IMG/VR virus record: IMGVR_UViG_3300045988_075599
Span: 1-64,000 of that record
DNA: 64,000 nt
DNA from: a virus
Direction: 5' to 3' (one strand)
Numbering within the stretch: the first letter of the stretch is position 1; every line of letters starts with the position of its first letter. A program made the position numbers and the translations under genes. Of the stretch, positions 55,201-63,952 are shown piece by piece. The notes under the pieces were generated by a model. That model ran no database searches and was not told where the DNA came from. It saw nothing but the letters and a program-made list of their open reading frames with translations.

Positions 55201-58200
55201 GTTGACATCAGAACCCTGCTTGATAGCATATGGGTCTGTACGCCTAGAGTTCATAACGTTCGGGTCTGCCAGTGCGTCAACTGTCGTTGCTTCACGTGGA
55301 GCAATAGATACCATGTTCTCTGGCTGACAGAACTGGTCAAGCTTATCAGCATCTTCCTTGAACTGTTTATATTGCTCTGGTGTGAGTACATATCGACGGC
55401 CATCGTAGGACACAACACGTTCATCTTTGAGTTCAGCTGCAATCTTGCCTCTCTTCTCCCCGTTGATGTACTTGTAGATTAACGGGTTGATTCTCGTAGA
55501 CCTATGCTCCTGTACAGCTCTTTCCGTATACACGTTATGCTCCGTTGCCATCTTGTTAGCGATGGACTTAATCTTAGCTTCGAGTGCTTTAGAGAACAGT
55601 ACCGCGTCAACCTTAGTAACCTTACGGTCAAGAGCGAAGCCAAGTCTAAGTGCGGCATCACTATCAGTCGGATAGGAGTGACCAGTACCTGCCATAGCCG
55701 CAGCCAGCACATTGCGTCTAGCTTTGTTAATGGCGTTACCCCATCTGTTAGTGAACTCGTACTTCGCGGTATCATACTTCTCTTGAGTTACTTCACCTCT
55801 CTTGAGTTTTGCCAGAAGTTTTTCACTGCATTTTTCCCAAAGGTTGTTAATCCATTTATCCGTGAACTGATTCAATCCTTCTGCTACGTGTTCATCGTAA
55901 CCTAATGCTTTCATGTTGTGAGCGAAGGTCTCTGTGCTTACCTGTTTACGTTTATTATCTCTGCTTACGATAGGCAACATATCACTAATGCTAATCTCAT
56001 CAAAGTTAAACTTGTTGTCGTTAATAAACTGAGCAACAAATTTACTCTTGTCAAAGATTTCTGCTGGCATCATCTCGGTAGTAGTCTTAGTGTTGAGCCA
56101 TGGGAATTTAGAAGTACGTCTAGTAACGAGCTTATTAACTTCCTGACCTTCCACACGCATCTTACTGATAATATTCTTACTATAGCTTAACCCGAAGAGT
56201 TTCTTACCGATAGGATTGCTCTGAACTTCCTGACAAATCTTATCAAGGCTAGCGTTAAAGTTTTTCATATTAACGTCCCAGAACTCCTGCCCTGCTAATT
56301 TTGTCTTCGCTGTCGGGAAGATACGGTTAATCTTCTGAATCAGAGATTGAGCATATGCACGAACTTCATCAGCGTCAGAATCTTTCTTATGCTGAGCAAA
56401 TTCAGATTCTGCTACATCACCATAGTTATCCAGTACGGTCTTAGTGATGAATGCAATCATAAGGTTTGCTTTCTCTGTAGAGGAGATGAACGCTCCATCC
56501 TGATTCTTCTGCTTTAACATCCGCTTATCGTAACTGTTGTTTAATTCGTTACACAGCTGAAGCTCAAACGAAATGATAGACAGATAACGAGCGGCTACTG
56601 CTGCTTGGAAGTAGTCAACACTTCTTTCGTTCTGAAGGTTAATGTTGTTGCCGAAGTCGTAGTTAATCGATGCGGCAGTCTTACGCTGCTCAGTAAGTCC
56701 ACCACCAGTCATATCACGGCTATGGTCGCCAAAGTCGTTCTCGTCATCACCTTCGAGCACATCTTTCTTAGCTTTCTGCTCCTGTCTATACTTGAGTTTT
56801 GCGGCACGTTCTTTCTCCGCTTTTTCTTTCTCTGCGTCTGTTGTCGGTTTAATGTGCTTATCCTTGGCGACTTCTGCCAACTCAAGAGCCTGAAGTAAGA
56901 TATTAGCTTTAGAAATTGCAACTGCTTTACCCTCTTTGGTCAAGGAGGTATTATTGCGAATCATATCCTCGAGTTTATTCATCGTGGCTTTAATGTATTC
57001 ATCAACCTCAATATCTCTTAATCGAATAGTATGACCAGTGATATCTTTCTGGGATTCAAACGCCATCTTCGTAATGAAGGTCTTACCATATTCGTTTGCT
57101 TTCTCTTTAATCTCTGGAGATACTTTGCTTACTGCATCAAGGATAATCTTCTGTTCTGCACTATCAAGATGTTGCATGGTCTGGTAAGTATCAAGCGCCG
57201 CTCTACCTTCCGGTGTATTGACAACAGAGAGGAACGCAGTCTTAAATGCTTCCATAAATGTACGGCCATACTCACCAATGTAGTCACCAGTTTTTTCAGC
57301 CTCTGGTAACAACTCTCTAAGTTTATCTGCGTATGGCCCGCGAACCATTGCATTATTGATAGCAAGTACAAGTTCCATACGACCAGTAGTCTTTATGCCA
57401 AGCTGCGGTGCACGATTGTCTGGTAACAGCCAAGATAGTACGTCATCAAGTGTATTGATACCATATTCACGAAGTTCCTTTGGTGTATGGAGCAACCCCA
57501 TCCACTGAATAGCATCCAATGCCGCGCGTCTTTCTTCTCTTGTCTTTGCATTAGCACCAGGGAGTAAGTCACCAACTACAGAATACAGCTGCTTAGAATC
57601 AAACTTTGGTAGGATAAGACCGCTATCGGCACGGTGTCTAATGTACTGCTGGTAGTTGTGTTCAAGAACATAGTAGAACCAAGTGTTGAGGCTGGCAACG
57701 CTTTGCGCTTTACCATTCTTAGCGCTGTTTTCCATACTCTTACGAACACCGTCATATGTGGCAATGGCTGTATGGATAGCACCAGGGATGATATCAAGCA
57801 AATCGGCATAACCCTGTGCAAACGATTCTTGATTATCGAAGTCAACAATACCATTACGATTAGCGCCAGTAGCTACAGACATACGGTTACGCAGTACGTT
57901 AATACCAAAGGACGCAAGGGAACCGAAGAGTGCAGTGTAATGCATCTTAGCACGGAACTCTTCTTTTTTTTTTTTAATGATACGGCGACCACCGAGATAG
58001 CTAATGTACGTTCTTGCGTCTGGTAACATGCTAATAAGGTTAGCAAAAGACATCTTGTTCATGGTGGCGTAATACTTACTTACGAAGCTCTGCATATCGC
58101 GTTTAAGTTTACCATTGCGGTATGTGTTGAACTTCTTGTTAGCCTTTTCGTCCTTAGATTCCTGACTAATGAAGTGGTGCGTGAGGGTTCCATTGTCATT

Positions 58201-61200
58201 GTTATCTGTCTCTACTGCCTGTGTTTCTGCCTTGTTATGATTCCGAAGCATTTTAGAAAGAGCAGCCATAGATGTATGTAACTCTTCAAGACCAGACTCA
58301 ATATCATTATCGTAATTAACAATCTCGTTCTGCGTATCCTCATCCTCGTTACCACCATCATCTTTGTACAGCGGGCTTTCCTCTTCTTCTTTTGTTTTCT
58401 TTTCTTTCGACTGAAGCTTACGAGGTTTAGCTTCTTCTTTATTATCTTTCCTCTTCTCCTCCTGCTTTACTTCCTTCGAGACAGTTTGTTCTGCACGGGC
58501 TTCGGAACCTTCTGCTTCGCTGCTCGTCCCATTGTCGTTGAGCCGCCCCTGCTGATGTGTGTTCCCCCCAGTTTCTGTCCTGGTTTCTGTCTGGTTGTCT
58601 GTACTACCTTCGGTGTTTTCGGATGTTTGAGTGTCTTCATTTTTTCCTCCTGTTGAAATATTCGTAACTGGTGTATTTACCTTATCCTTTTGCGTGATAG
58701 TAACTGCACCTTTATTATCAGCAACGCTAATAGTATCCTTAGTGCCGTCTTCTTTGTCAATGTCAACAACTCTATTGTAATCGTCATCAGAGACCTTCTT
58801 CAAAATGCTCACAGCCATGGACTTTGCGGTGTCTTCATTTGCTCTCTTAAAAAGTTCCCAAGCATTTTTTGACAGATTTACGTAGCCAGCTTTATTGAGC
58901 TGACCGATAATCTCACGAGCGTGACTTAATCCATTTGGCTTGTTAATATTCGCGATAACATTAGCTTTAGAATTTTCGTTAGTATCTACACTCTCTGTTG
59001 CTGGCTGGGTAGTTTTACCTACTCCCTGAGACACCTTCATTTCTGCTGTTGAATAACTTTGATTTGCAGCATTTTGAGTATTCTGTGCTGCTTGCGTCGG
59101 AGTTACCTGCGCTTCCTGTGGTCTTGCCATACCACTAAGAGGAGATGCATTATTTCCTTCTGTCGGTGCAGGTGTCTGTGGCTGTTCTGCTTCTTTCTGT
59201 GGAACGGCTTCCTGTTTTACCTCAACAGGTTTCTGTACTTTCTGCTGAGCTTCCTCTACGACTGGCTGTTCTACTGGTACATCAGCAACATCCTCAACAG
59301 GCTTCTGTTCCTGTTTATTCTTAGCCACCATATATGCGTTCGGGTCAACGGCTCTAAGCACATCTCGAATAGCTTTAGTGTCGCCATTGTTTGCTCTATC
59401 AAGAAGCGGTTGATTAACTTTCAGGAATCTGCTCTTGGTTTTATCTGCCAGCTCTTCAGCCTTACCGTTCGGAGCCAGAGAATGAATAATGTCCTGTGCT
59501 TTCTGGACAGCTTCTGTGTCAGCATCTTCCTTACCAACACCCTTAATGACATTTTTAATATCATCTTTTGTTGCATCTAATTCCTGCTTTGCCTGTTTAG
59601 CCTGAGCTTTTCTTTCGTTATTACGTTCCCTGATAGCCTGTACTACGTTCTTTCTATCAAGGTTGGACAGAATATAATAAGCAGCGTTGGTGTCACCCTG
59701 CACCGCTTTATTTAACAGTTCGGGAGAGAGCTTTGTATCTCCCTCTGGAATATTCTTATTGATTGCATCAATGTCAGCATTGTTGTACGCTCTAGTGAGG
59801 ATATCTGGCAAATCTGCCATCTTAGCTCTAGTAGAGTCAACAACCGCAGACATCGGGTCTTCCAGTGGAGCTGTCCGCGTATCTATATTCATGTCCCTAT
59901 TCTTATCTATATTCGGTGCGGGGGATATAACTTTAAGCTGCTGTGGTGGTTCAAGTGCTTCAGGTTCTTTTGGTAAGAACGGAATAGCATCTTCAACCTG
60001 TTGTTCAGAACCACTTGTATACTCTGGATTAACAAGATAGCCCGCAAGAGACATAGAATTGTCTGTAACTGGCTCCTGCACAGGAGGCAGTGCTTCTGGT
60101 GTAATGTAATGTCCAATATAGTCAGACAGGTCTGTGCTATCTGCAAGAGCGTTAGCAATACCCGTTGTCTGCATCAGGTCATTGTAGTCGCGTTTAGCTT
60201 CTACCGTCGGGCCAAGAGAATCAATGTTGTTATACAGATAACGCCCTACATTACGTGCACCAGCTACACCAACACCAGATACAAGGGTCGGTAAGAATGC
60301 AGAGTTGAACGAATTGATTTCGTCGTCAGTGAAGTTATTCCAATCACCATTTGAGATATCGCGGAAGAAACTACCAGCGTCAGCACGGTCGTCATCAAAC
60401 TTATTAGCCATGGCATCCTGTACACGCTGCTGCCATGCTTCCTGAAAGCCTTCACCAAATGCGTTTGCAACTCTATTACCAATGAAGTCGATAGGTTTAC
60501 TAGCCGTAGACAGGCCATATGCAGCTCGTCCAAGTAAGGTGTCTGCACGCGCAGTATCACCCAGTACCGCACCAGCTACCTTACCACCATTAGATGCAAG
60601 AGCGTCAGCAATACCAGCTTTTGCAAGACCTTTGCCAGCAAGGGAGAACAGACCACCAGTAGCACCAGTAGCTACATCAAGAGCAGTGTCCATAAAGGAA
60701 GAACCAATAAGTTCTGCGTTCTTGTATGGGTCGCCAGTAAAGCTATCCCATGCTGCTTGGTCAATATCTCCGTCGTATACAGTACCAGTCGGTCTCTGCC
60801 CTGCTTTAATCTGTGCTTCGATATTGTCTCTCTTCGCGTCCATGTAACTCTGTCCGAAGTTAGCACCAACTTCAAGACCAGCACTACCTAAGACGGCAAG
60901 AGCAGGAAGAACCGCACCACCGCCAGCGGCTAATGCGGCACCTGCCAACATACCAGGAGCAGACGAACCAAGCATAGTGCCAGCGTCACTGTAAAGACCG
61001 TGTGGGTCAAGGAAGTATCCAAGAGACCAACGAGACTTATCTGGGTTGTTGTCATAGTCGTTAGCCCAGTCAGAGTATCTTGCCGCCTGTCTTGTCAGGT
61101 CGCCACCGACTCCCGCTAACCACGGACTATCCGATACTACTCCAACAGCAGTTAAAGCCCCACCGAGTGTAGACTCGGCAGAGCTTGTAAGACTGTCCCA

Positions 61201-61344
61201 AAAACTACCAAAGATATTCTGGTCTGGGTCACGTTCAGACGGAACCCAACCAAGAGCCAGCTTATCTTGGTATTGTCTGTCTGCCTGGTCTAACGCAGCA
61301 GCGAGCTGTGCCCCTGGCTGATAATTATTAAACCTTACTGCCAT
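49291..61344 (-). CDS. giant virion-associated or ejected multidomain protein (4017 aa) with HExxH metallopeptidase-like motif
   Basis: Single uninterrupted ORF with a GAAGGAGG SD. Gly/Ala-rich hydrophobic N-terminus, a K/E/Q/P low-complexity linker, VYHELMHAF at 53740..53754, and several hydrophobic helices near the C-terminus. Confidence 0.7.
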   Translation of the reverse strand: MAVRFNNYQPGAQLAAALDQADRQYQDKLALGWVPSERDPDQNIFGSFWDSLTSSAESTLGGALTAVGVVSDSPWLAGVGGDLTRQAARYSDWANDYDNNPDKSRWSLGYFLDPHGLYSDAGTMLGSSAPGMLAGAALAAGGGAVLPALAVLGSAGLEVGANFGQSYMDAKRDNIEAQIKAGQRPTGTVYDGDIDQAAWDSFTGDPYKNAELIGSSFMDTALDVATGATGGLFSLAGKGLAKAGIADALASNGGKVAGAVLGDTARADTLLGRAAYGLSTASKPIDFIGNRVANAFGEGFQEAWQQRVQDAMANKFDDDRADAGSFFRDISNGDWNNFTDDEINSFNSAFLPTLVSGVGVAGARNVGRYLYNNIDSLGPTVEAKRDYNDLMQTTGIANALADSTDLSDYIGHYITPEALPPVQEPVTDNSMSLAGYLVNPEYTSGSEQQVEDAIPFLPKEPEALEPPQQLKVISPAPNIDKNRDMNIDTRTAPLEDPMSAVVDSTRAKMADLPDILTRAYNNADIDAINKNIPEGDTKLSPELLNKAVQGDTNAAYYILSNLDRKNVVQAIRERNNERKAQAKQAKQELDATKDDIKNVIKGVGKEDADTEAVQKAQDIIHSLAPNGKAEELADKTKSRFLKVNQPLLDRANNGDTKAIRDVLRAVDPNAYMVAKNKQEQKPVEDVADVPVEQPVVEEAQQKVQKPVEVKQEAVPQKEAEQPQTPAPTEGNNASPLSGMARPQEAQVTPTQAAQNTQNAANQSYSTAEMKVSQGVGKTTQPATESVDTNENSKANVIANINKPNGLSHAREIIGQLNKAGYVNLSKNAWELFKRANEDTAKSMAVSILKKVSDDDYNRVVDIDKEDGTKDTISVADNKGAVTITQKDKVNTPVTNISTGGKNEDTQTSENTEGSTDNQTETRTETGGNTHQQGRLNDNGTSSEAEGSEARAEQTVSKEVKQEEKRKDNKEEAKPRKLQSKEKKTKEEEESPLYKDDGGNEDEDTQNEIVNYDNDIESGLEELHTSMAALSKMLRNHNKAETQAVETDNNDNGTLTHHFISQESKDEKANKKFNTYRNGKLKRDMQSFVSKYYATMNKMSFANLISMLPDARTYISYLGGRRIIKKKKEEFRAKMHYTALFGSLASFGINVLRNRMSVATGANRNGIVDFDNQESFAQGYADLLDIIPGAIHTAIATYDGVRKSMENSAKNGKAQSVASLNTWFYYVLEHNYQQYIRHRADSGLILPKFDSKQLYSVVGDLLPGANAKTREERRAALDAIQWMGLLHTPKELREYGINTLDDVLSWLLPDNRAPQLGIKTTGRMELVLAINNAMVRGPYADKLRELLPEAEKTGDYIGEYGRTFMEAFKTAFLSVVNTPEGRAALDTYQTMQHLDSAEQKIILDAVSKVSPEIKEKANEYGKTFITKMAFESQKDITGHTIRLRDIEVDEYIKATMNKLEDMIRNNTSLTKEGKAVAISKANILLQALELAEVAKDKHIKPTTDAEKEKAEKERAAKLKYRQEQKAKKDVLEGDDENDFGDHSRDMTGGGLTEQRKTAASINYDFGNNINLQNERSVDYFQAAVAARYLSIISFELQLCNELNNSYDKRMLKQKNQDGAFISSTEKANLMIAFITKTVLDNYGDVAESEFAQHKKDSDADEVRAYAQSLIQKINRIFPTAKTKLAGQEFWDVNMKNFNASLDKICQEVQSNPIGKKLFGLSYSKNIISKMRVEGQEVNKLVTRRTSKFPWLNTKTTTEMMPAEIFDKSKFVAQFINDNKFNFDEISISDMLPIVSRDNKRKQVSTETFAHNMKALGYDEHVAEGLNQFTDKWINNLWEKCSEKLLAKLKRGEVTQEKYDTAKYEFTNRWGNAINKARRNVLAAAMAGTGHSYPTDSDAALRLGFALDRKVTKVDAVLFSKALEAKIKSIANKMATEHNVYTERAVQEHRSTRINPLIYKYINGEKRGKIAAELKDERVVSYDGRRYVLTPEQYKQFKEDADKLDQFCQPENMVSIAPREATTVDALADPNVMNSRRTDPYAIKQGSDVNNPTYSTNTGKNGVTYLVSSGTVVGAIDTLADDYFKKDASGIPNNVIVKALMVLDTGLPKEAIMNNGIEEYIKQVAKKRKKKQAIIRKQIMDKIEAAVNKFMTQEQLEIAAQSRNEVQKKLKNKGLKEGPSALRDTINKISLGVKNQKGKFVYVRSAPKLNYGDKQIEESKYINSWVYNDLRKAVFGAIGLMDFQEDGYRVKPLTITDNSPIKKVKADSIDIHNTGSTKWTTKDEVNITENPIANLLRFLGSIDKKDLKEEYGKDISFTIDDLMEDPHYNYLMMAHNDKLMGSGGLITSLHTFSYRLAQKDTLTYNDIANLCSLITIASQRLNGFDKIRTFADQLNRALHGVHTAPEVFESVQTNKRVAFRMRYHSQNYVGTQLHKLQPRSIEELANVQSQNLEISPGIEFKISKENKAFLGTEFATPLKGEPDNVFAHQLFVNVASKVLGVIPYISNKLSDNSGYTDSTGRLMSLAQRSTVYHELMHAFTDQAVAVDVAEGRYKLATKSDTYRDYDSFGGLRVSEDVPDVPRKERGVAEKVIRDAISNELTSAFETLNKSDSLLARQILAITDLVDVSKLIPTTAKIWAQSNLVGYDETKTGRDRYTLKLGAKSLGLFYDSSDKGDYEALVMNMMLPSIIFGAKVIDHKLPLLFQIKQLVTETYSHLDTVPEELTNGGNIAESETSNFMASWLYESTNLLHALQSRDPAFKIRNKDKARMRNELFNAARDSIQELTAMDNTTITHHFETQKNQHATVEQKKKSAKKTSVGTGKGAITTVRDVSQDAGSPQGWFMQLLYTIANKRNKTFTQTSPSKLNHAKDIKLAWKPGMRWLEDLIKKPDADRLFDESQRAIAWQQELNAKSDAYIKQLKQLLTIDGDKLQTKALRQYFDTEINVNSDRGRDLVELFDLPYEAGKDERCKNRSASGKNAMLKVYADDVFFVLHSQPDKATAMATMSDKIDKMKAYYKKKGRNFYKNQAFWYREDTGTLVFYACPDTRMKDGKFKNLFIAHPSNEDGTGVKGRANMKVRLQKQVLKECERFRRKAMKDAGYAQPIIDRFIASQALYRALLMNAYSREQKRAMQNDDIINRTETGFLHAYAPRYYSRYILQKEVWNEIDEEQVNPKSVKAGFIIQKDGKYYQVITYSIGSFESKRDRAKYRNEHPIGKNERYVEKTRDEWLQEQGGGRTDIVGNVDPSIGALTDEDIEKGKNRATDDIPDRLAQFIRKKFNASEKWEGEDSIEKIIDALRNMDEQDEEEFGKYKPRLIRTAKMIRVSKNKVQTFRQVSDALKASGAQYLAANYSRERTSDNGLYSHDVIGSLKHYLHTVNSVEALTPFYRDMTQTIYKYTGRNYDRTKRDSYYSPYNIMCELVDNMNGRDKPVDGFMRRLSVMVVDAIYAVPGMRNILNACGVYLPDMWLPALLHNSIAVNVYLKLGMFNVSTALAQYAQLANVYALGGESAFAYAMKKMPGILAKAHKPSDILKNEFDVSAYGKEIQQVMADLYLTKQGKSLFEQEGENAFQEALKRGDKSAIELQAFDEMYGTLTGKDSEIAINDMAAQLGNAGSAYEGDSVIDLLPKTGKNILNLGMGGFRGADLSCRLFAALVAQHLLDTSPKYKKFRESKSELGEEEYNMQRMLMIRDFVYRTNFNFNRATDPLLLAKGGQLAKCVFQFASYGFQTFDFMSWMLKNKKSTELKRFLGTMMLFSGVISGIPMMTMISGMSQAITGTNPEDWIKSFILKAVGKRGPVPQAIGEALCYGIAAPVLGVDISKKVGLSDIMKDPTDLRNLGGPSLGTAIDFSSAVGASYDAILYDKYTTDQLMFAWLKAVPAASRWLQAARGQYYSYSKLMPKTEYQSMSNADRAKNFMGFNPIENKLDTDINRFITDENQEYSNKAKDAMIAYVNNPTEANLKKLQDYGKTPEQAHKTVDKYIKPKITAEQAEKMVTKSKSEEAEIVRSDVRALGNLLS

Positions 61345-61361
61345 GTAACCTCCTTCATATA

Positions 61362-62837
61362 TTAAAAGAATCTATTTACAATTTGTCCTTGTGATACCAT
61401 GTTTTCTGTTGCGTTCATGGAATTTTGTACATCTCCTAATGTCACGGGTTTTCCATCCGCAGTAGTACCAACGATTGTGTTAGTGAATGTATCAAGCAAC
61501 CCTTGATTTACATTGTTCTGTGCGTCTTGGTCTGCTGGGTTTGTGCCAGCTGGATGTGACATCTCCTGAGACTGAGAAATAATCGACGCGGCAATGTTGT
61601 CGATCAGTTCATTAGCTGTACCTCTTCTACCAGTCTGCTCCATCATCATACCGTAGTCCGCTATCTTCTTTAATGCGGACTGTGTGGCAAGGTTACGAGC
61701 CTCAGTAGTAGAGCTTGGGTCCCAGATAATATTCTGAGCTTGTTTGAACTCTGGGCTATTGATTAACTTATCAACATTGTTTTTAATACTATCCTCATCT
61801 TCCACTACATATCCAAGAGGAGAACCGCTACTACCAGCAGAAGAAGCAGTACCACCTTTTCCTTTACTATAAGAACCGCCATTGATAATAGCTGCGACTC
61901 TTGCTTTTTGCAATTCAAATTCTCTATCCTTATTTGCTTGTTCCTGTGCTGCTTTATACGCATTATTATTAAGTGTCATCTGTTGTCCAATCATTGCACC
62001 AAGGTCTGCCAGCTTCTTACTATTCGGGTCAAACTGTACACCAGTAAGAGCTGCACCAAGTTTGGCAAGAATGGCAATATTAGCGGTGTTATTACTCTTT
62101 GCAATTTGGTCAGCGAACTGCGCGGCCATTGTTTTCTGCATGTTCTTGTTGTCGATGGTGGCACCAGTGTGAGTAGCATCGGCAGACATCTTGTTAATCA
62201 AATCGAAGAAACGCTGGTTGCGATTGTGAGCGCCCATAGCTGCCGCTGTAATTTCTGGGGCTTGTCTCTGTAAATAGTCATTGAGGATTCTACGTTCTGG
62301 ATTGATAGTCGGCTGGTTCACCATCTTGTTGATGAAATCCATTGGCAGTTGTTCATTCGGGTCGTTGAACTTACCGCCAGATTTGATGTAAGCGCCAATC
62401 AGATTTGTCTGATAAGGTGAGCCATTACTAGAAATAGAGTTTGGATTTGCACCAAGCATACCCATTACGTCCGATGTGTATTTGTCAATAGATGTCCCAT
62501 TGCCATCAGTAAAGTCTCCATTACCAATGTTGCCTTCACCGCCAAGCCATGCTTGTACAGCACCCTTGACGCCATGTTTGTCAATCAAATCTGCCATGTA
62601 TGCATGTGCTACTGCCTCTTGATTTGATGGCGACCAGTCCGTGCCATCAAGACCGTGTTGTTCCGCGGCTCCTTCAAACGTTGAAGGCATAAACTGGTAC
62701 TTACCACGAGCACCAGAGTCAGCAATAACGTTATATGGGTCTTCCTCGCCACCAGATTCTCTCTGGGCAATAGCTTGAAGTACCGAGTCAACAACGTTGT
62801 ACTGCTGTCCTTCATTAAAGAAATCTGTAGCTGCCAT
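61362..62837 (-). CDS. lytic transglycosylase (SLT-domain) virion protein
   Basis: N-terminal AIAQRESGGEEDPYNV...GKYQFMPSTF is the SLT catalytic Glu-Ser signature. 491 aa. Confidence 0.75.
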   Translation of the reverse strand: MAATDFFNEGQQYNVVDSVLQAIAQRESGGEEDPYNVIADSGARGKYQFMPSTFEGAAEQHGLDGTDWSPSNQEAVAHAYMADLIDKHGVKGAVQAWLGGEGNIGNGDFTDGNGTSIDKYTSDVMGMLGANPNSISSNGSPYQTNLIGAYIKSGGKFNDPNEQLPMDFINKMVNQPTINPERRILNDYLQRQAPEITAAAMGAHNRNQRFFDLINKMSADATHTGATIDNKNMQKTMAAQFADQIAKSNNTANIAILAKLGAALTGVQFDPNSKKLADLGAMIGQQMTLNNNAYKAAQEQANKDREFELQKARVAAIINGGSYSKGKGGTASSAGSSGSPLGYVVEDEDSIKNNVDKLINSPEFKQAQNIIWDPSSTTEARNLATQSALKKIADYGMMMEQTGRRGTANELIDNIAASIISQSQEMSHPAGTNPADQDAQNNVNQGLLDTFTNTIVGTTADGKPVTLGDVQNSMNATENMVSQGQIVNRFF

Positions 62838-63952
62838 TAGAACAATCCTCCATACCCATTATTACGAGCGAAAGACCTAGTGTAATCACCGACACGATAT
62901 CCCATAGGCTGTGTCAAAGAATAGTTCTGCCAATTATCCATCGGGTTCTGTACCATAGTCTGTGTACCTTGTGCATCAGCCGCACCGTTTCCTTTCGTTG
63001 CGTCATGGATACCCTGATACGCACCGTACAGTTGTCCCAGTCCACCGAGCTGACCAAGACCATAGTTCTTAGCACCATTCAAAGCACCAGCCCAACCAGA
63101 ACCACCAGTAGCAAGACCCACGACAGCACCTTTAAGCATAGAGCCAAGGAGTCCTGGGCCTTTGTTAGCAGCTTCCATCCCTTTATTTACGGCATCCTGC
63201 GTAGCTTTCTGTCCTTCCTCCTGAGACGCTTTGCTCAGTGTGCTATCTCTAGTCGGAAGGTTGGTCTGGTCTACCTGTGTAGCACTCTGCATCAGTTGAC
63301 CTGCATCTGGTGTTGCGACATTGTTAGTGAGTGGCTGACCAGTAAACGGATTAGTCATGGAGTAATCGCCCACAGTAGGGAACAATCCTGGAGCAGGGTC
63401 GCCAATAGTCGGCGTAGACAGTGTACTCTGGTTTGGATTAGGGTAAAATTTATTTGGGTTATAACCCTCATATGGGTTTTGATTATATTCCTTCAGTGTA
63501 TGCTGCTGTGCATAGCCCATGTTAGCATGTTCTCCGAATCTATCTTTCCAAGAGTTCGAGTTAGTCATGATGTATGCGAGTCTATCATTGTCAACGTTTG
63601 TAATACCGTAGTCGGCAAGCAGTCCCATAACATGTGGGTCAGCTTTCAATTTATCAACATCATACGTACCATCGTCGTTACGGTACTGTCCAACACCATT
63701 GATGATGTCGTTTGCCTGTTTAAGTCCAGCAGTAACATTGGTATCGTAGCGAATCTTAGCGTCATCGCGGTTGTGTCTTCCCTGTGCGAACAGGCCAATC
63801 AGCCCACTCTTTCCGTCGCCACCATTGGCTGCGTTAAGAGCGTTAGCGACCTGCGTGAGGAAACCGTCTCCACTACCAGAAAGCAACCCACCAAGTCCAC
63901 CCAGCGGCCCGTGAGATACTTCCCAGTTGTGAGTAACAGGAGCAACAATCAT
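62837..63952 (-). CDS. Gly-rich hypothetical virion/internal protein
   Basis: 371 aa. Gly-rich at both ends (GGLGGLLSGSGDG; GGLGQLYGAYQG). Its stop overlaps the SLT gene start. Confidence 0.55.
   Translation of the reverse strand: MIVAPVTHNWEVSHGPLGGLGGLLSGSGDGFLTQVANALNAANGGDGKSGLIGLFAQGRHNRDDAKIRYDTNVTAGLKQANDIINGVGQYRNDDGTYDVDKLKADPHVMGLLADYGITNVDNDRLAYIMTNSNSWKDRFGEHANMGYAQQHTLKEYNQNPYEGYNPNKFYPNPNQSTLSTPTIGDPAPGLFPTVGDYSMTNPFTGQPLTNNVATPDAGQLMQSATQVDQTNLPTRDSTLSKASQEEGQKATQDAVNKGMEAANKGPGLLGSMLKGAVVGLATGGSGWAGALNGAKNYGLGQLGGLGQLYGAYQGIHDATKGNGAADAQGTQTMVQNPMDNWQNYSLTQPMGYRVGDYTRSFARNNGYGGLF

Noticed and set aside
49291-61344. Giant ORF as a virion-packaged RNA polymerase (N4 or crAss-like type)
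   Set aside because: I looked for D.DGD-type or T7-like catalytic motifs and found none I could defend. YDGD and IDGD occur but lack the first Asp. Early genes also carry host-type TTGACA/TATAAT promoters. This needs a profile search and is not excluded.
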